64,000 bases of DNA from Malacoraja senta (Eukaryota): NCBI GenBank assembly GCA_038087875.1, contig CM075987.1, positions 5,890,001-5,954,000 on the forward strand. The letters run 5' to 3'. Of the stretch, positions 34,296 to 48,052 are shown piece after piece (position 1 is the stretch's first letter; every line of letters starts with the position of its first letter). Below the pieces are notes generated by a model. That model worked only from the letters and a program-made list of their open reading frames with translations, searched no databases and was not told where the DNA came from. A program made the position numbers and the translations under genes.

Positions 34296-36514
34296 GTCAC
34301 CTTTGCCTGGGCCGAGTCCATATCCGCCCAGGCAAATATGTAACAGTCATGAGAAAAACAATTAAAACAATGAGATGATTAAACTCACTAAAGTTGATGA
34401 TGAAAAGAACAGTGGAGAAAGTCTTTGTGCATGAGAAACAATGAACCACATTCACCGTCACGGTGGCATTGGTAGCTCCAACCATAACCCTATCTATTCA
34501 AACACGTGGACATTTCTCAAAGTATTTAAGGAAAATGGTTTACAAATATTCATAAATGCAACTACAAATTCATGCTATGATCGGAGAAAATATTTTTCTC
34601 GTATCCAGATGAATCAGAAGAAACTGCATTCTACATACAAAACATGCCCTTAGATTTTCAAGACTAGCACTCAGAGATCCAGGTTGAAAGTGTTCCATTC
34701 ATTGAGACTTGATATTCCCTGCACTGATGATCACAAAAATTTGTGGAGGAAAAATTAATAAGCTATCAATTATTGTCTTCACCCCTCTTTGTCATAAATC
34801 ACTCTGAACACTTTGGAAATGGGGAAGTCGCAGATATACCAATATACCTCCACAAATGATGAAAGCATGATTCCCAAGGAACAAATAGATATGAACAATA
34901 CATTCAAGGGCATTTCCAAAATGTCACCATTTAAACTCTATCTGTATAAATTTTCCAATGGCCAGGGAAATTGGCTGAGTTGTTAGGGAATTAGTATATT
35001 TGCATACTACTAGCAATGTCAGAATGCTGGAAATCGTCTTTCCAATTTTTTCAATGTCTGTATGGTCCAATGTAGCACAAAGTATGCCTTAAGGCCTTGA
35101 ACTATTCAGGAATTAGACCCCTCAATTCTCTTCTTGCTATTTTTATGATAAAACAGATGAAAATGACAACTTCCTTTCACTCTGCTTAAACATCAGACAC
35201 ACATCATTGTTGAGCACTGTACAAGTTCTGAAGAGCATCATGTCAGATGTAGCACTCCAAGCGCTTTCATCACTTATCCAGAGATGAATTTGAACTGGAC
35301 AAATGGGAGAAACTTGGAGATCTGAATTATGTTATAAAGTATACTGAACTAAACTGAAATACTGATTTTTCTTTTTTAAATTGCATCAGCTTCAACCACT
35401 TTTTTTTCCCCCTGATGCAGGGAATTTTGGGGTAAAAGCTTTTCTTACCATCTCTACTAGATTGATTGCCGACAAATTTCAACCTATGGCTTGAAACATA
35501 TATTCCATTTCTCTTTCCGCTGATGATGTACGAACAGCTGAACGTTTTCAGCATTTTGGATTATTTTAGATTTAAAGCATCTGCAGTTTATATGAGATTC
35601 AAACCTTCAATTTAATCTTTGAGATTTGAATATGACCATGAGAAACACGTGATTTTACTGTGTGTCTATGTTAACCACCAAATCTAACGCAGTTAAAATA
35701 AGGGAATGAAACCAACATTTTCTAACATGTATTACATAACAACATTATCTATTTTGTTGCTAGATTTCATCTGTTCATGCCTGGGCTGTCAGTAAGTCGC
35801 CTTTCAATTGCCATAATTACCTTATGGCAATTGAAAGACCGAAGGGAAACAAACAAAAAAGAAAATGTAGGATTTGAATACTATTTGAATAGGAATCAAT
35901 AACAGAAAAAGGGGGAGAAGGAGGATAACAGGAGTCAGTAGGGTCATGGTATGGAAGGATTTGAGTCAACTTAGAGTTGATTTGATTTGAGTCAACAAAG
36001 GGATACATGGAGAAGATAGGAAGTCAAAAAAACAATGGCTGATACAAGAGATTAAGTATAACAATGTTTAAAATATCTGAAGACATAAAACTGATGACCA
36101 CATAATGAGACATGGGGATCAACTAACCCCCTAAAAGTCTGCACGATTAATGAATCGACTGCCCATGGCATTGAACAACTATGACTGAAACTCTGATAAT
36201 GTCTTATGAATGTTTCTATCACCACCTGAAATTTATTTTATTTATTTTCCACATTTTCCTTTACCTGTCCTAGTGCTCTAGGCTGCAGGGTTCAACTTTC
36301 AGATCCTTTATACACTATCATCTTCAATCACTTTGACAAAATCCTGAATTTGCATGGCAGCAGTCTCAGCCTTCATTGTAGCACTCAAATTTTGGGTTAT
36401 TTTGTCTTTTCCGTGTTTGTTTAGAGGAAATGCAGGCTTCCCAATGGTTCAAGTATTTCAATGAATATGCCAATCAGGCATTTCCGAGTCTGTTCCATCC
36501 TCAGCTTCCCTTTT

Positions 36515-37120
36515 CTAAAGTTAACAATCAGCTCCTTGGTCTTGCTGTTGAGAGGAAGTTGTTGTTCTCGCACCATTTAATCAGACGATCGATCGCCCTC
36601 CTATACTGTGACCCATCATTACCAGTAATTCATCCTACAATGGGAGCATCGTCGATGGATTTAATGATGGAGATGGAACTGCATCTGGATGCAGTCATGG
36701 GTAAAAAGTGAGCAGAGCAGAGGGTGAGCTGATGTTTATCGAGGAGGCAGCGTTGTTGCTGATTGTGGTCTTGTTGATGAGGAAGTCGAAGATCCAGATG
36801 CATAGGGATGCACAGAGACCCAGATCCCCGAGCTTGATAACCTTGGAGGAGATGATGATATTGAACTCCGAGCTAAAGTCGATACACAGCCTGACTGACA
36901 TATGTGTTTTTAATATCCAAGTGGTCCAGGGCAGAGTGGCGAGTAAGCGGGATCGCATCCCCGTTGATCTATTGTGGCTGTCAGCATATTGTTGTGGGCC
37001 CAGGTTCTTGCTCAGGTAGGAATTGATATGCGCCATAACCAACCTTTCAAAACACTTCATCAGCACGGACATTAGTGCCACCGGATGGAAGTCATTGAGG
37101 CCAGTCACCATACTCGTCTT
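36515..37120 (-). mobile_element. Rex1/Babar RT fragment
   Basis: ORF 36695-37111 reads VTGLNDFHPVALMSVLMKCFERLV...IDFSSEFNIII...CIWIFDFL. Confidence 0.88.
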
Positions 37121-37679
37121 GGGCCTCCTTTATGGAACCTCGACAGTGTTATCTGCTCTCACTACTTATGTGTGGATGATCTTTTGTAGAAAGCTTTGCT
37201 TCCTACATTTCCTCTCCTACACCAAAAGCATAGCAGCTGAAATCTTGCAATATCCCAGAAGAGGTTAATTGGTAGCACGCCTACCAACACCAACTGCAGT
37301 CACAAAGTAATTCCCTTAAAGGGATTCAGTTTAGCAGCACCATGTTGCTTACTTATAAAGGTTCAAGCAAGGCTGTGTCAACCCCAATTACTCTGTTCAG
37401 AATTGTTTGCTATTGAATTGGAAATGGAGCCCAGTAAACAGATGTTAGGCAATTTAAACCAAAATTACCCCAATATTCAAATACAACAAATAATTTATGC
37501 ACACTTGGATATGCAACCTTAGACAAAAGTTGCTGAGGCATAAAGAAAAACATAATTATCATTAAACGCACAGGTGACTATGGATTTACATTAACAGGTC
37601 CCTTACAGGCAGCAACATGCTCCAGCAGTGCAGGTTTATAAAAATCAAGAAAGCTATTTTTAATCAAATGTGTGACATT

Positions 37680-38030
37680 GGATGAAGAACACAGAACAGT
37701 AGTGTAGGAACAGGCTCTGCAACCAAGAGTATCTGCGTCGAACATGACACTGATTTAATTCTGCCAAACGTGCTCCATATTCCTCCATTCCCTGCATGTT
37801 CATATGTCCATCTAAATGCCACTCTTGTATCTATGTCCACCACCACCCCTGGCAGCACATTGCAGGCACCAACCACGCTCCATATAAGAAATTTGCCCTG
37901 AATATCTCTTCTAAATTTTGCCACTCTGACCTTAGAGCTATGCCCTCCAGTATTTAAAATTTCCACCTTCAAATTAAGACAATCAAGTCTATTCCAATGC
38001 CACTCAGAATTTTATCAACTTCTCTCAGAA
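37680..38030 (-). mobile_element. CR1 3' fragment
   Basis: ORF 37664-37972 reads TGGHSSKVRVAKFRRDIQGKF...VVGACNVLPGVVV. Confidence 0.8.
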
Positions 38031-39199
38031 ATTCAACATCGCCCCAAAAAGCACCACCATAGTATTGGGTTCTTAAAACAGCTGCATCGTTAGATTGAAA
38101 ACCAAATTTGTTTCATCCAGCAGTGTTGGCCCCTTCTTTACTCTGCAAAGATGAGAGAAGAACACAATACAGGAGGTCTCGCAAGTTAATGAGGAACAAA
38201 CATGACATTTTGTGGAAAACTACACCTATGCTCAATGAATCAACAATGGCATTCTTTCCCAATTGAACATAAAACTCATGTATGAACTTATGCCAGCAAC
38301 ATTTTTAGTTCAACCATATCTCATGGATGTTTAATTCCAGGCTGCTGAAGCAAAACTTAAACTCAAGATTCATTGTCATGACACCTGCGCTATACATTAA
38401 ATAAAGCTTTCAAGAAAGTCCTGGCAATAACCACCAAGTGGCATATCGACACCAATTCCTGAGAATCCATTGGTCAGATTGTCAGAGAGCATTCTGCAAC
38501 AATCTCAACATTTGAACATGCTGATGAATTTCATGTGGAAAGCACTAATGGCAGAAATTGTATCTTATTCACCACAACAACAAACCACACCTACTGATTC
38601 CACTCAGAAACATAGATCCCAATTTGAATAGAAGCTGAAAATTCAGGATTGGTTCTCAACAGGTATCTTCAAACCCATTAACAAATTATTCCTCACAAGC
38701 CAACCATGAAAAGAGATTGGCAAAGCCATCTTTAGCTGCTGTGAACATTCAAAATTAGTGTCCCACTGAAATGCTCAATCAATCAACAGCACAATCGGCA
38801 CTGATTGGATTCCACAGTTATTATAATCGGCAAATTGCACAAACATGGTAGCACTGAATTGGCACAAGTTGATTATCCACTGTAGATTATTGAATTTACC
38901 CCTTGCTGACACCCAGGTACAATGAATAGGCACAAACCATTTTTAACTGGTGAAATAACTAGGTTTCTTTAAAAATGTGACTTCATTTGAAAAGTAACAT
39001 TAAGTATGGACACTCAATCTCCTCACTACAACTCTCAGACAATTGTTATTTCTCTCACTGCAATCCACATCCCAAAAGCAAGCCTTTTTTGTTTTCTCAT
39101 TTAAATTAGCACACAAAAATTTACATGTTTGACTCTCAGAAAGTTTTCAGTTTAAAAACATCTTTGGAACAGAAATAAAAAACTAAAATAAATCATTGC

Positions 39200-39392
39200 A
39201 AAGACACAAGAGACTATTGATGCTGGAATCTTGAGTGGAAAAACAGTGCTGGAAATACTCAGTAGGTCAGGCTGCATCTGTGGAGGGAATGGACAGATGA
39301 TTGATAGAAGATCTCAAGAAGAGCTTTGACCCAAAACACCTTCCACAGATACTGTCTGACTCGCTGACTTCCTCCAGCACTTTATTTTTTGC
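39200..39392. repeat. Penelope-derived fold-back repeat
   Basis: AGTGCTGGAAATACTCAGTAGGTCAGGCTGCATCTGTGGAGG and the inverted CTTCCACAGATACTGTCTGACTCGCTGACTTCCTCCAGCACT. Confidence 0.75.
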
Positions 39393-41559
39393 CAAAGAAA
39401 AGCACTGTTTGTTGCCAACAATAGTTATGCAACATTAGAGATTAAATGAACTTCATGTTTACAAACTGGACAACACTCTTGGTCTGAATGAAATAACATT
39501 CAAATAGAAAATTTAAAAAATAAATGAACCAAAATCACTGTGAATTTAATTTTATCATGGCAATATTATTATTTAGACAAATAAATATTTTTCCAAGAAA
39601 AGCTAAAAGGGAAAGAGATCACAAAAACATTGAAGAATCTTGGAAACACGTTTGAACACTGAGGTATTGTGTTTACATCTGTATTCACAATAGAAAAGTT
39701 GTCAAAAAAGTTGTCAAATACATGACAACAAGAAGTCAAGCACTCTAGAAGAAAACACACTCCGTCAAAACTTGAATGTCATAAATAAAAAAATCTTTCA
39801 CATTGGAGAATGTAAACACCCATAACAGCATTTCAACATTGCATTGCTAATCACATTTTCAGCTCTTTCTACTTTAGCCAAAACTTGCTGTAGCTTTGCA
39901 CCCTCAACCAATCTCCGACCTCAGGATTCCCTTCCATTGCCCAGAAACACCAGAAAACTGATTCAATCAAATTTTCCCAAACTCCAAAATAGGTAATATC
40001 TATTACCAACTGATGCAACTTGTACGGCTATTAGATTTTAAAATATATCAGATAAAAAACAATTGCAAAATATATGAAATATAGGACAATTAAAATTTAT
40101 TGTGGAACTAGTTCCGAAGTTTCAACTTTGTTTTAAATAATCTGAAATAAGCCTGTGTGAGCCACACACTTAACCAAGCTGAAGCACTGCATCACCCTGA
40201 GCAGGTGAATGCAATGTCGGCAGAACAAGCTTACATAAGCAATTTCCATTTTAAATGCTCCCACAGGCTTTCAAAATAGAAACATGTAACATATCTAAAA
40301 TGGGGACCATTTTAAGTCTCACACACAGTTTCAGTTGTTAATCTTCCAACCCTGTTGCAACAGCTACCCTCCACCCAAAACCTCCATGTTCTACCCCAAG
40401 GAAGATTGACTAGCATTTGTACGGAATACAAGAAACAAAATTAGGAGTAAGCTATTCTGTCTTAGATCCTTTTGCCTCGACTATATTCCCAAAGAAAATT
40501 CTTTTTTTTAATGAAAGAAACATAATATAAAGACTGCACATTATTATTTTTATAGACTTACACACAGAATTAGTTGATGTCATACCTCAATGGATAAAGC
40601 ACCCCAACAATTATAAAACACCACATCTTCAGGCTTATTACAATCAAAATCAAACCATGGGAGACTTGCTGGCACAATTGCTGTAAGAAATACTCAAAAT
40701 GTGGCTTTTTCCTCAGTTGCTTAAATTGAAAACAAATTTTATTACTACTATTGTCAAACCCCCAAAATATCACCCAACTTTTTTCCAATAAGTTTCTCAC
40801 TCGTAAAAACAGTAGGGGAGAAAATATTCACAATTCTTAATTTAAGCATTATTATTGAAATCAGTCTCAAATTATAACTTGATTTATATTCTATTTTTAC
40901 TAAGAAATATTTAAATCCTAGAATCCTTCTTTCTGTTTCTCTGCTTGCGCCTCTCCCAATTTGAATTGGAAAACTGAGAAAATAAGACAGCTGTACACTG
41001 CAAAGGGAGGGGTAAAGGAAACAAAGGGTGATAAGGCGGAAAGCAAAATTGCCAAGATAAAGTAATTGTTTACAGTGTTATCTAGTTTGGAGATTAATCC
41101 GCACAAAAATAACATGTTGGAACTACAAGATGCAGAACATGGCAGTTACAGTAAATCTGAAACAAAAAAGAATGCTGATAGTTTCCTACAGAGTAATATT
41201 ATACATGGATGATCCTGCAACAGAACTGCTCAGATCAGTCACAAACTGGAAAGGCTGGTTATCTGAAATATTGAGCCCCAAGCACTGCAATGTACTCAGG
41301 TAGAAAAATAAGTTTACCTGAAGCTCCCCTTAAAGTAGTTAAAACCTTTTTATTATCCATTTGTTCCAGCGCTGAGAAAGCCTCCTGTCAATCATCATTA
41401 CTTCAAAAGAAATCTCAGAACTACAGCTGTGCTTACTGACAAACTGTAGAAGCATGGGAGTTTGGCGAGCTGAGGGCAGTGGAGAAGAGGCTCCAGGTGC
41501 AGCTGAAACGATAGGGATCCCAGCACCCCCTCCCCTTCATACTTCTAGTTAATACTCAA

Positions 41560-43400
41560 TAACAAGCTTGAAGAGCTTAGAGCGAGGCTGCCGAAAGGAA
41601 ATCAGGCTCTGCTGTGTTCTTTGCTTCAACGAAACATAGCTCACCCCAACTCGCCTGACCCCCTCATACAAACTGAGGGTTTCTCCATTTATTGTAAGGA
41701 CAGTGTGGAATCTTGAGGCAAGGTAAGCGGTGTTGGTATCTTTATCTGCTGTCAATGCTTCGAGGTGAACTGTGATTGCCTTAGCTCAATTTTACTATCC
41801 TGACCTGAAATACCTGTTCATAAAATGTTGTCTATTTTATCTACCAAGGAAATTCACCTCTTTTACCACCCTGTGTGTGCTCTTCATACCACTGCAAGCC
41901 AACATCAGGGAGGCACTGGACGAATTATACTCTGTCTCAACTCCCTTGCATTGATGATCGTCAGTAACTTCAATCAAGCCAACTTCAGTATGCCGATTGT
42001 CCTCATTTCAACCAGTCATTGAGCCATACGGCACAAAAACGAGCCTTTCGGCCCAACTTGCCCATGCCGACCAAGATGCCCCATCTACACTAGTTGCACC
42101 GGTCCGTGTTAGGCCCATGTCCCTCTAATCTTTTCCATCCATATACCAATCCAAATGCCTTTTAAAAGTTGTTATAGTACCTGGCTCAAGTACGTCCCCT
42201 GGCAGCTTGTTCCATATATCCGCTACTCACAGTCATATCACCTTGTGATGCTGCTCCTTCTGGCTTACAAAGATTAAGAGCAAAGGACCAATGGAAATAA
42301 TAATGCAGCAGTGGTCTGAGGACCCAAGGAGCCTCAATCCAATCAAGCAGGTGCTGGTTAAATGTGGCAGGGCCAGAATATCAGCGACCACTACCAGTCA
42401 AAATCGGGAGTCATCTCTGACCATGACACAAATCCACTGAATGAGCTCAATGCTTTTTCCAACCATTTGGAACAAGTTAATAAAGTTTCCCACATCCCTC
42501 ATTGGCTCTGTCCCGCACATAAAAGTGGCAGAAGTCTGCTTTCACGATATGTTCTGAAACCGTGCACCAATCAATTGGCCACAGTATTTGCTGACATCTT
42601 CAACCTCTCACTTCCATAGTCTTCATCATCTGCTTCAAGGAAATATCCATCATTCTCATGTCCAAGTAAAATAAGGTGACCTGTCTCAATGACTACCGCC
42701 CAGTGGCTCTAACATCAATCATAAGTACTTTGAAAGACGGGTAAAGATCCACATCTGGAGCGGTCTTCTGGACAATCTAGTTCCCTGCAATATGCATGCA
42801 AGAAAAATAGGTCTACTGTTTTTGCACTACCCTTCTGGATCATCTTGACATAAGGATGTTGCCCTAAGGAAGCAAGGAGGTTGAATTCAGGCTCTGTCAC
42901 ATTCGCCGGGCAAATATTTGATTGAACACCACCTTGCGCTCATCAACAGAGCTGCTATAGAGATGGTTGACAGCTTCAAGATCCGAAGCATCCATATCAC
43001 CAGCAAACTAACCAGATCCCTTTGCATTGACATACCAAGCACATCAGTGTATTACTTTCTTTGGGGTATCAAAGAAGATTCAATATGTTCAGGTGCATTA
43101 TAGAAAGTAGTCTGATGGGATGCATCTCAGCCTGGTTTGGCAACTGCTTTGCTCTTGACCAGCCAAACCTGCAAAGAGTGGAGAATACAGCCCAGTCTAT
43201 GTCAGGCTTGGTCACTTTCTTCCATCAATCCATCTTCACGATGCATTGCATCAGGAAGACTGTAAGTATCGTCAAGGATGCCTGCCATCCTGGCTGCTGC
43301 TTTTCTCTCTTCGACCTTCTGGGAGCTTGAAAGGTAGGAAGTCCAGACTTAAGAACAGCTTTGCCCCCATCCCCCATTATCAGTTCCCTGAACCAATTAC
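41560..43400 (+). mobile_element. Internally deleted, degenerate Rex1/Babar LINE
   Basis: APE remnant LKYLFIKC..FYLPRKFTS...IP.QANI..ALDELY; VLKPCTNQLATVFADIFNLSL; LNDYRPVALTS; IIESSLMGCISAWFGNC...LQRV...IVKDACHPG. Confidence 0.85.
42015..42225 (-). mobile_element. CR1 3' tail inserted in the Rex1 copy
   Basis: GTCATTGAGCCATACGGCACAAAAACGAGCCTTTCGGCCCAAC...CCCCTGGCAGCTTGTTCCA. Confidence 0.75.
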
Positions 43401-43599
43401 CTCTTTCACATCCCCTTCCTGGCGGTGCTGCCATGTTTATAACAACTTTAAACTTGATGAGTACAGGATGACATTGGAAAGGTGCCAACTTGTATACAAT
43501 AAAGTACCATTGAACCATTGAATATTTTTTGCACTACTTCGCATTGCACCTTTCTGCTGTTTTGCACTCGTATTTATTATTGTATTACTCTGAATCTGA

Positions 43600-43790
43600 A
43601 GAACTGCTCTTTGAGCTTACATTAGGCCTCATAAAAATGTTTAGGAGGTGAAAGTCAGCGTGGGACAATTAAAATGACTATCAAATGGAAACTGACTGTC
43701 CTAGCAGATCGAAGAGCTATTGTGTAAGGTAATCATCAAAACTGCATTGGACTTTTCCAATGCACGAGAGACAACCTACTGAGCCATACT
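43600..43790 (-). mobile_element. Penelope GIY-YIG remnant
   Basis: The minus strand gives SVGCLSCIGKVQCSFDDYLTQ*L, a distant match to CSRCGLLYIGETKRRLGDRFAEHL. Confidence 0.4.
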
Positions 43791-43849
43791 ATATTTTCCC
43801 CAGCTCACACATACAAACACAAGCAAAGTGACAAAAATCTGGATTTGAA

Positions 43850-44400
43850 AAGCTGCTTTAAAATTGCAAGCAACCCAAGATAACTTGTGCTTTGTCAAAC
43901 AAAATTGGAGACCACCTACTTACAAAGCAGATGACCAAAACAATGGTCAAAGTTGAACTTGAACAACTTCTTAGAGTAAAACAAGAGATAGACAGCCAAG
44001 AGATTTAGGGTGGAACTTCTTGATCCCCTGACCCTGGCAGTTGAATGCAAGGCTACAGCAATGGCAGTCTTAAAAATCTCATGGTTAGAATAAGAGTGTC
44101 ACAGATGTCCAAGGATTGTAGGGCTGGAGGACATTATCATGCATTTGGGGAATTCAAAGCATTGTAAAATCAATGCATTGCTGAACTGGGATCCCATATA
44201 GCACAGCAAGCAATGGTGCGACAAATTAACCCTTATGTCCAAAAGATAGCAACGGCATGTATAAGGTTTTCAGTAATAGATGAGCTGAGGTCAACACGGA
44301 ATCTAGTAACATTACTGGAGGTAAAAAATAGACAAATCTTTGTAATTGCAGAGATACGTTGCAAAAAGCTCACTTCAGGATCACCAGATTTTGGCTGATT
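43850..44400 (-). mobile_element. Old L2-type LINE 3' fragment
   Basis: AGAGATTTAGGGTGGAACTTC...GGATTGTAGGGCTGGAGGA resembles the L2 3' antisense sequence. Confidence 0.5.
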
Positions 44401-45108
44401 GAGACCCAAAAAAGAAACTACAATTGACATGTTCCTTGTTTACAACAGAAGAATCAACAAATTGTAGAGTTCTTATGTTACTCAAATAAGAATTGAACAA
44501 TTGCACATGTCTATCTTGCAAAGGATTGCATCATGAGCATGATAAAAACTATTGTTCAACTATTTTATTCTCAGTGCAACTTCGCCAGCCAGTGACAGGC
44601 TACTTCACCATGCTCAAATTTATGGAGAATAATGGATGTCAAGCAGCAAGTTACAAATTAGCAATTTAATCAAGGGATTCAGAAACTGCCATAAACTATA
44701 AGGCTCACAACCACTCTGTGATTCGTAGGATTAAATACCTGTTTTCAACCTTTTGAAATACATTTTAGAGAAACACAACATTTACTTTCATGAAAATCAA
44801 AAAAACTGCCAAAGCTATAATTAATATAAAAACAGAAAATTTTAAATAGTCAGCAGGTCAGACTGCATCTGTGAGAAGCGTCAATGGCTCAGTTCAAAGA
44901 GCCTTTGTCAGATCTGGAAAGCAGCACATGGGGTCTGTTTGCAGGGGTGACCCTAAGCTCCCACCATAGGATGTGGGAGGATAAATATCCCCCTCCCACA
45001 TCCTCCTGACAAGCTTTTCTCTCTTTCCCAGTTCTGACTAAGGGTCGTCAATATGAAATGTTGCTTTCTCTTCCAATATTCATTTTCATTATGGATCACA
45101 GTACTCAA

Positions 45109-45242
45109 CCAGTCTGAAGAAGGGTCTCGACCCGAAATGTCACCCATTCCTTCTCTCCAGAGATGCTGCCTATCCCGCTGAGTTACTCCAGCATTTGTCT
45201 CTACCTTTGATTTAAAACAGCATCTGCAGTTCTTTCCTACAC
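45109..45242 (+). mobile_element. Penelope-derived repeat with the best-preserved hammerhead core and a 12-bp TSD
   Basis: TSD CACAGTACTCAA at 45097-45108 and 45240-45251. Confidence 0.88.
45111..45145 (+). ncRNA. Minimal type I hammerhead ribozyme motif (activity unproven)
   Basis: CUGAAGA-A-GGGU(CUCG)ACCC-GAAA-UG-UC, with predicted cleavage after C45141. Helix I is weak (GU/AC). Confidence 0.6.
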
Positions 45243-46981
45243 AGTACTCAATCAACCTGTGCCTATTCAACCCAACACAGGCCAGCACCAAATTTATTCT
45301 GCCAGATCATTAGAGTGATTTCAGTATCCAGCACTGTTCCACAATTATAACCTCAGCGATGAGTTTTATCGCCTGTTGATGCTATCTGACCCGCTGAGTT
45401 ACTCCAGCACTTTATCTTTCTTTGTAAACCAGCAACTGCAGTTCCTTGATTCCATTAGTTAAAGCTTGCCCATTTTGTTTAAAGCCATCATATATCTTAA
45501 TGTGAAAGACAACCAAGGCTGATGCCAGTGATGGAAATTATCTTCAAGGAGAATAAAATTTACCATAAGACTTGTGGCACAACATAGGATTTCTGATGCT
45601 GCAATGGAATCCTGAGTGCAGGAAGGGAAGAAGAGATATGTTGTTTCCTCAAAGGGCCAAGTGGCCCTGCAGACAGAAACTCACAAGATAGTCAATTAAA
45701 CAGTCTTGGGACCCAATGGCAGAAGTTCAAACATGAGGTCATGATACAGTGTTACAGGTTCAACTGCCTCATCTGCAAGTTTAAAGTTTGTGAACATATT
45801 TCAAATGTAGTATGCTAACAAGTGTTTCATTATCTTCATAAACCACACTACCACCTACAGCCTGGTGCCTAAGCAGTGCCCAGTGGGACCCAGCCACATG
45901 TCAAGCTCAGATATGAGCACACTTTAACATAATGTTTCGATCCATGTCAGATTGTGCCCTGACCTGGCCCAGCACCTCATCCAGATTAAAACAAGCTGAC
46001 GAGCATGACCAGACATAAACAGGCTGCTACACTCATACCAATAATCAATTGGGTCAAGGATGGGAAGAAAATAAATCAGGCTCTGATCGGGTTCAATGCG
46101 GCTGTTCAGTTGGCCTTAGCCAGGCAACAATTTCATACCAGAGCTGACCACTTACCATCTACCTAATTATCTCCATCATTTCAAAAATGTACATATCTAA
46201 CACATCACAACAAAATACTGAAGAACTAATGGATGTGTTGTGCTTGATTTCAAGAAATATGAGAAAAAATGTCATCATTCAGAAGATAGCGGGATTCTCT
46301 AGCCCAAAGGGCAGTCATAATTATGTTTACTCAAAACAAGGATCAATTTATGACATTAAGTGAATCAGAGTGTGGGAATGAGGCTTCAAAAATCGCACTC
46401 ATGATGAAAAAAAAGCCATGATCTTGACGAATGGCAGTGCATACCATGTTGCCTACTCCTTCCATTTATTCTGTTCATAGTGTCAGCAATGCTGCAACTC
46501 TCACACCAACACTCCACTACCTATATTCACTGGCAACTATTCAAACATAATAACACATCACCCAAAAGCATTGTCACTACCACATTTATCACACTCTTAC
46601 AAGAGAAATTGGCAACACCAACAGGAAACTGCAACTCACCAACAAAACAGAAGCACTGTATGTATCCAAATTTGGATGGTTAAATGGGAGACCAGATCAG
46701 CCTCATGTGGACCAAAGTGGTCAAAGGGGCTTGCAGAATGTTTTCAGCAACCGAACATGCAGAGGATTATCTTTACTGCTGAGACACCACCATAGCAGAG
46801 TGGTGATGGCTCTGTGAATCATAGATCTACCGTCCTTGATTGGAACAACAGAATGCGCGACTCCACTATTGGCGCTCGACATATGTCCAAGGCTATACTG
46901 AAAAACTATGCTGGAAACTGAGTCATGAGAAGGATGCAAAATGATTTAATCAGGTTAAGCCAACCAACAAGGTAAAGCGTA

Positions 46982-47282
46982 TTTTTTTTAGAGATAAAGC
47001 GAGGAAACAGGCTTTTCGGCCCACACTTTACGCTGACCACCGATCCACACACATTAACCCTATCCTACACACACTAGAGACAATTTTACATTTATACCAA
47101 ACCAATTAGCCTAAACCTGTACGTCTTTGGAGCGTGGGAGAAAACCGGAGCACCCGGAGAAAATCCTCGCAGTCACAGGGAGAACATACAAACTCCGTAC
47201 AGACAGCACCCGTAGTCAGGAACAAAACAGGGTCTCTAGCTCTGTAAGGCAGCAACTCTACCGCTGTGCCACTGTGCCGCCC
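46982..47282 (-). mobile_element. HE1-like V-SINE
   Basis: The reverse complement shows the head GGGCGGCACAGTGGCACAGCGGTAGAG, the V-domain and the tail. Confidence 0.92.
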
Positions 47283-47384
47283 ACAGATGGTGATGTAAAT
47301 TGTGAGAAAACGTTCATTTGAGTAGGAAATACAAAAAAGATATTTTTTAAATGGTATGAAAACAGTGAAGATTGGTAGAAACAA

Positions 47385-47492
47385 CGAACTGAAGGTGCTG
47401 GTTTACACAAAAGAACAGTAACTCAGCAGGTCAGACAGCATCTCTGGAGAATATGGATAGATGACATTTCGGGTTGGGAGCCTTCTTCAGAA
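47385..47492 (-). repeat. Penelope-derived repeat
   Basis: Minus strand CTGAAGA-AGGCTCCCAACCC-GAAATGTC. Confidence 0.8.
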
Positions 47493-48052
47493 TATTGGTG
47501 TTCAGGGGGTTCGTGGTGCACTAGCATGAGATAAATTGAATATGCTGATACAAGAAGGAAGGCTAAAGCTATGACAGCAGCCTTATAGTCAAAATAAAAT
47601 TTTAAAAAATCTGACACCACTTGAGGTAAATAAAATTTGAAGTGCAGTAAACATCAAGCAGTTGTTCAATGAAAGCAAGGCCAGAGGAGTCGATCAGCAA
47701 TGAACCTGCAAGTTGTTTATGATTCCTTCAAATAGGGCAGTCGGAGAGTCTTTTGTGCTTCTGAACAATTCATTCTCCACCTGTACTTAAAATGTATTAT
47801 TAGCTGGAGGTTTGAGCTCCAATCTGGCAGTTCATTTGTCAAACAGGAATGCTGACCAACATAGTCATATGCCTATTCTTCCAACAATGCTTGATATCAA
47901 GCATAGTCAGCCCCATCCCAACACGATGGCCAAACGACTCAAAGTAAAAATGTTAAAAATGTGCACAAACAATTGGCCACGCAGCAGAGCAATGTCATCA
48001 CCAATGATAAGAAATATTACGCACAGTTGAGAAAAATGACAGCACCAAACTG

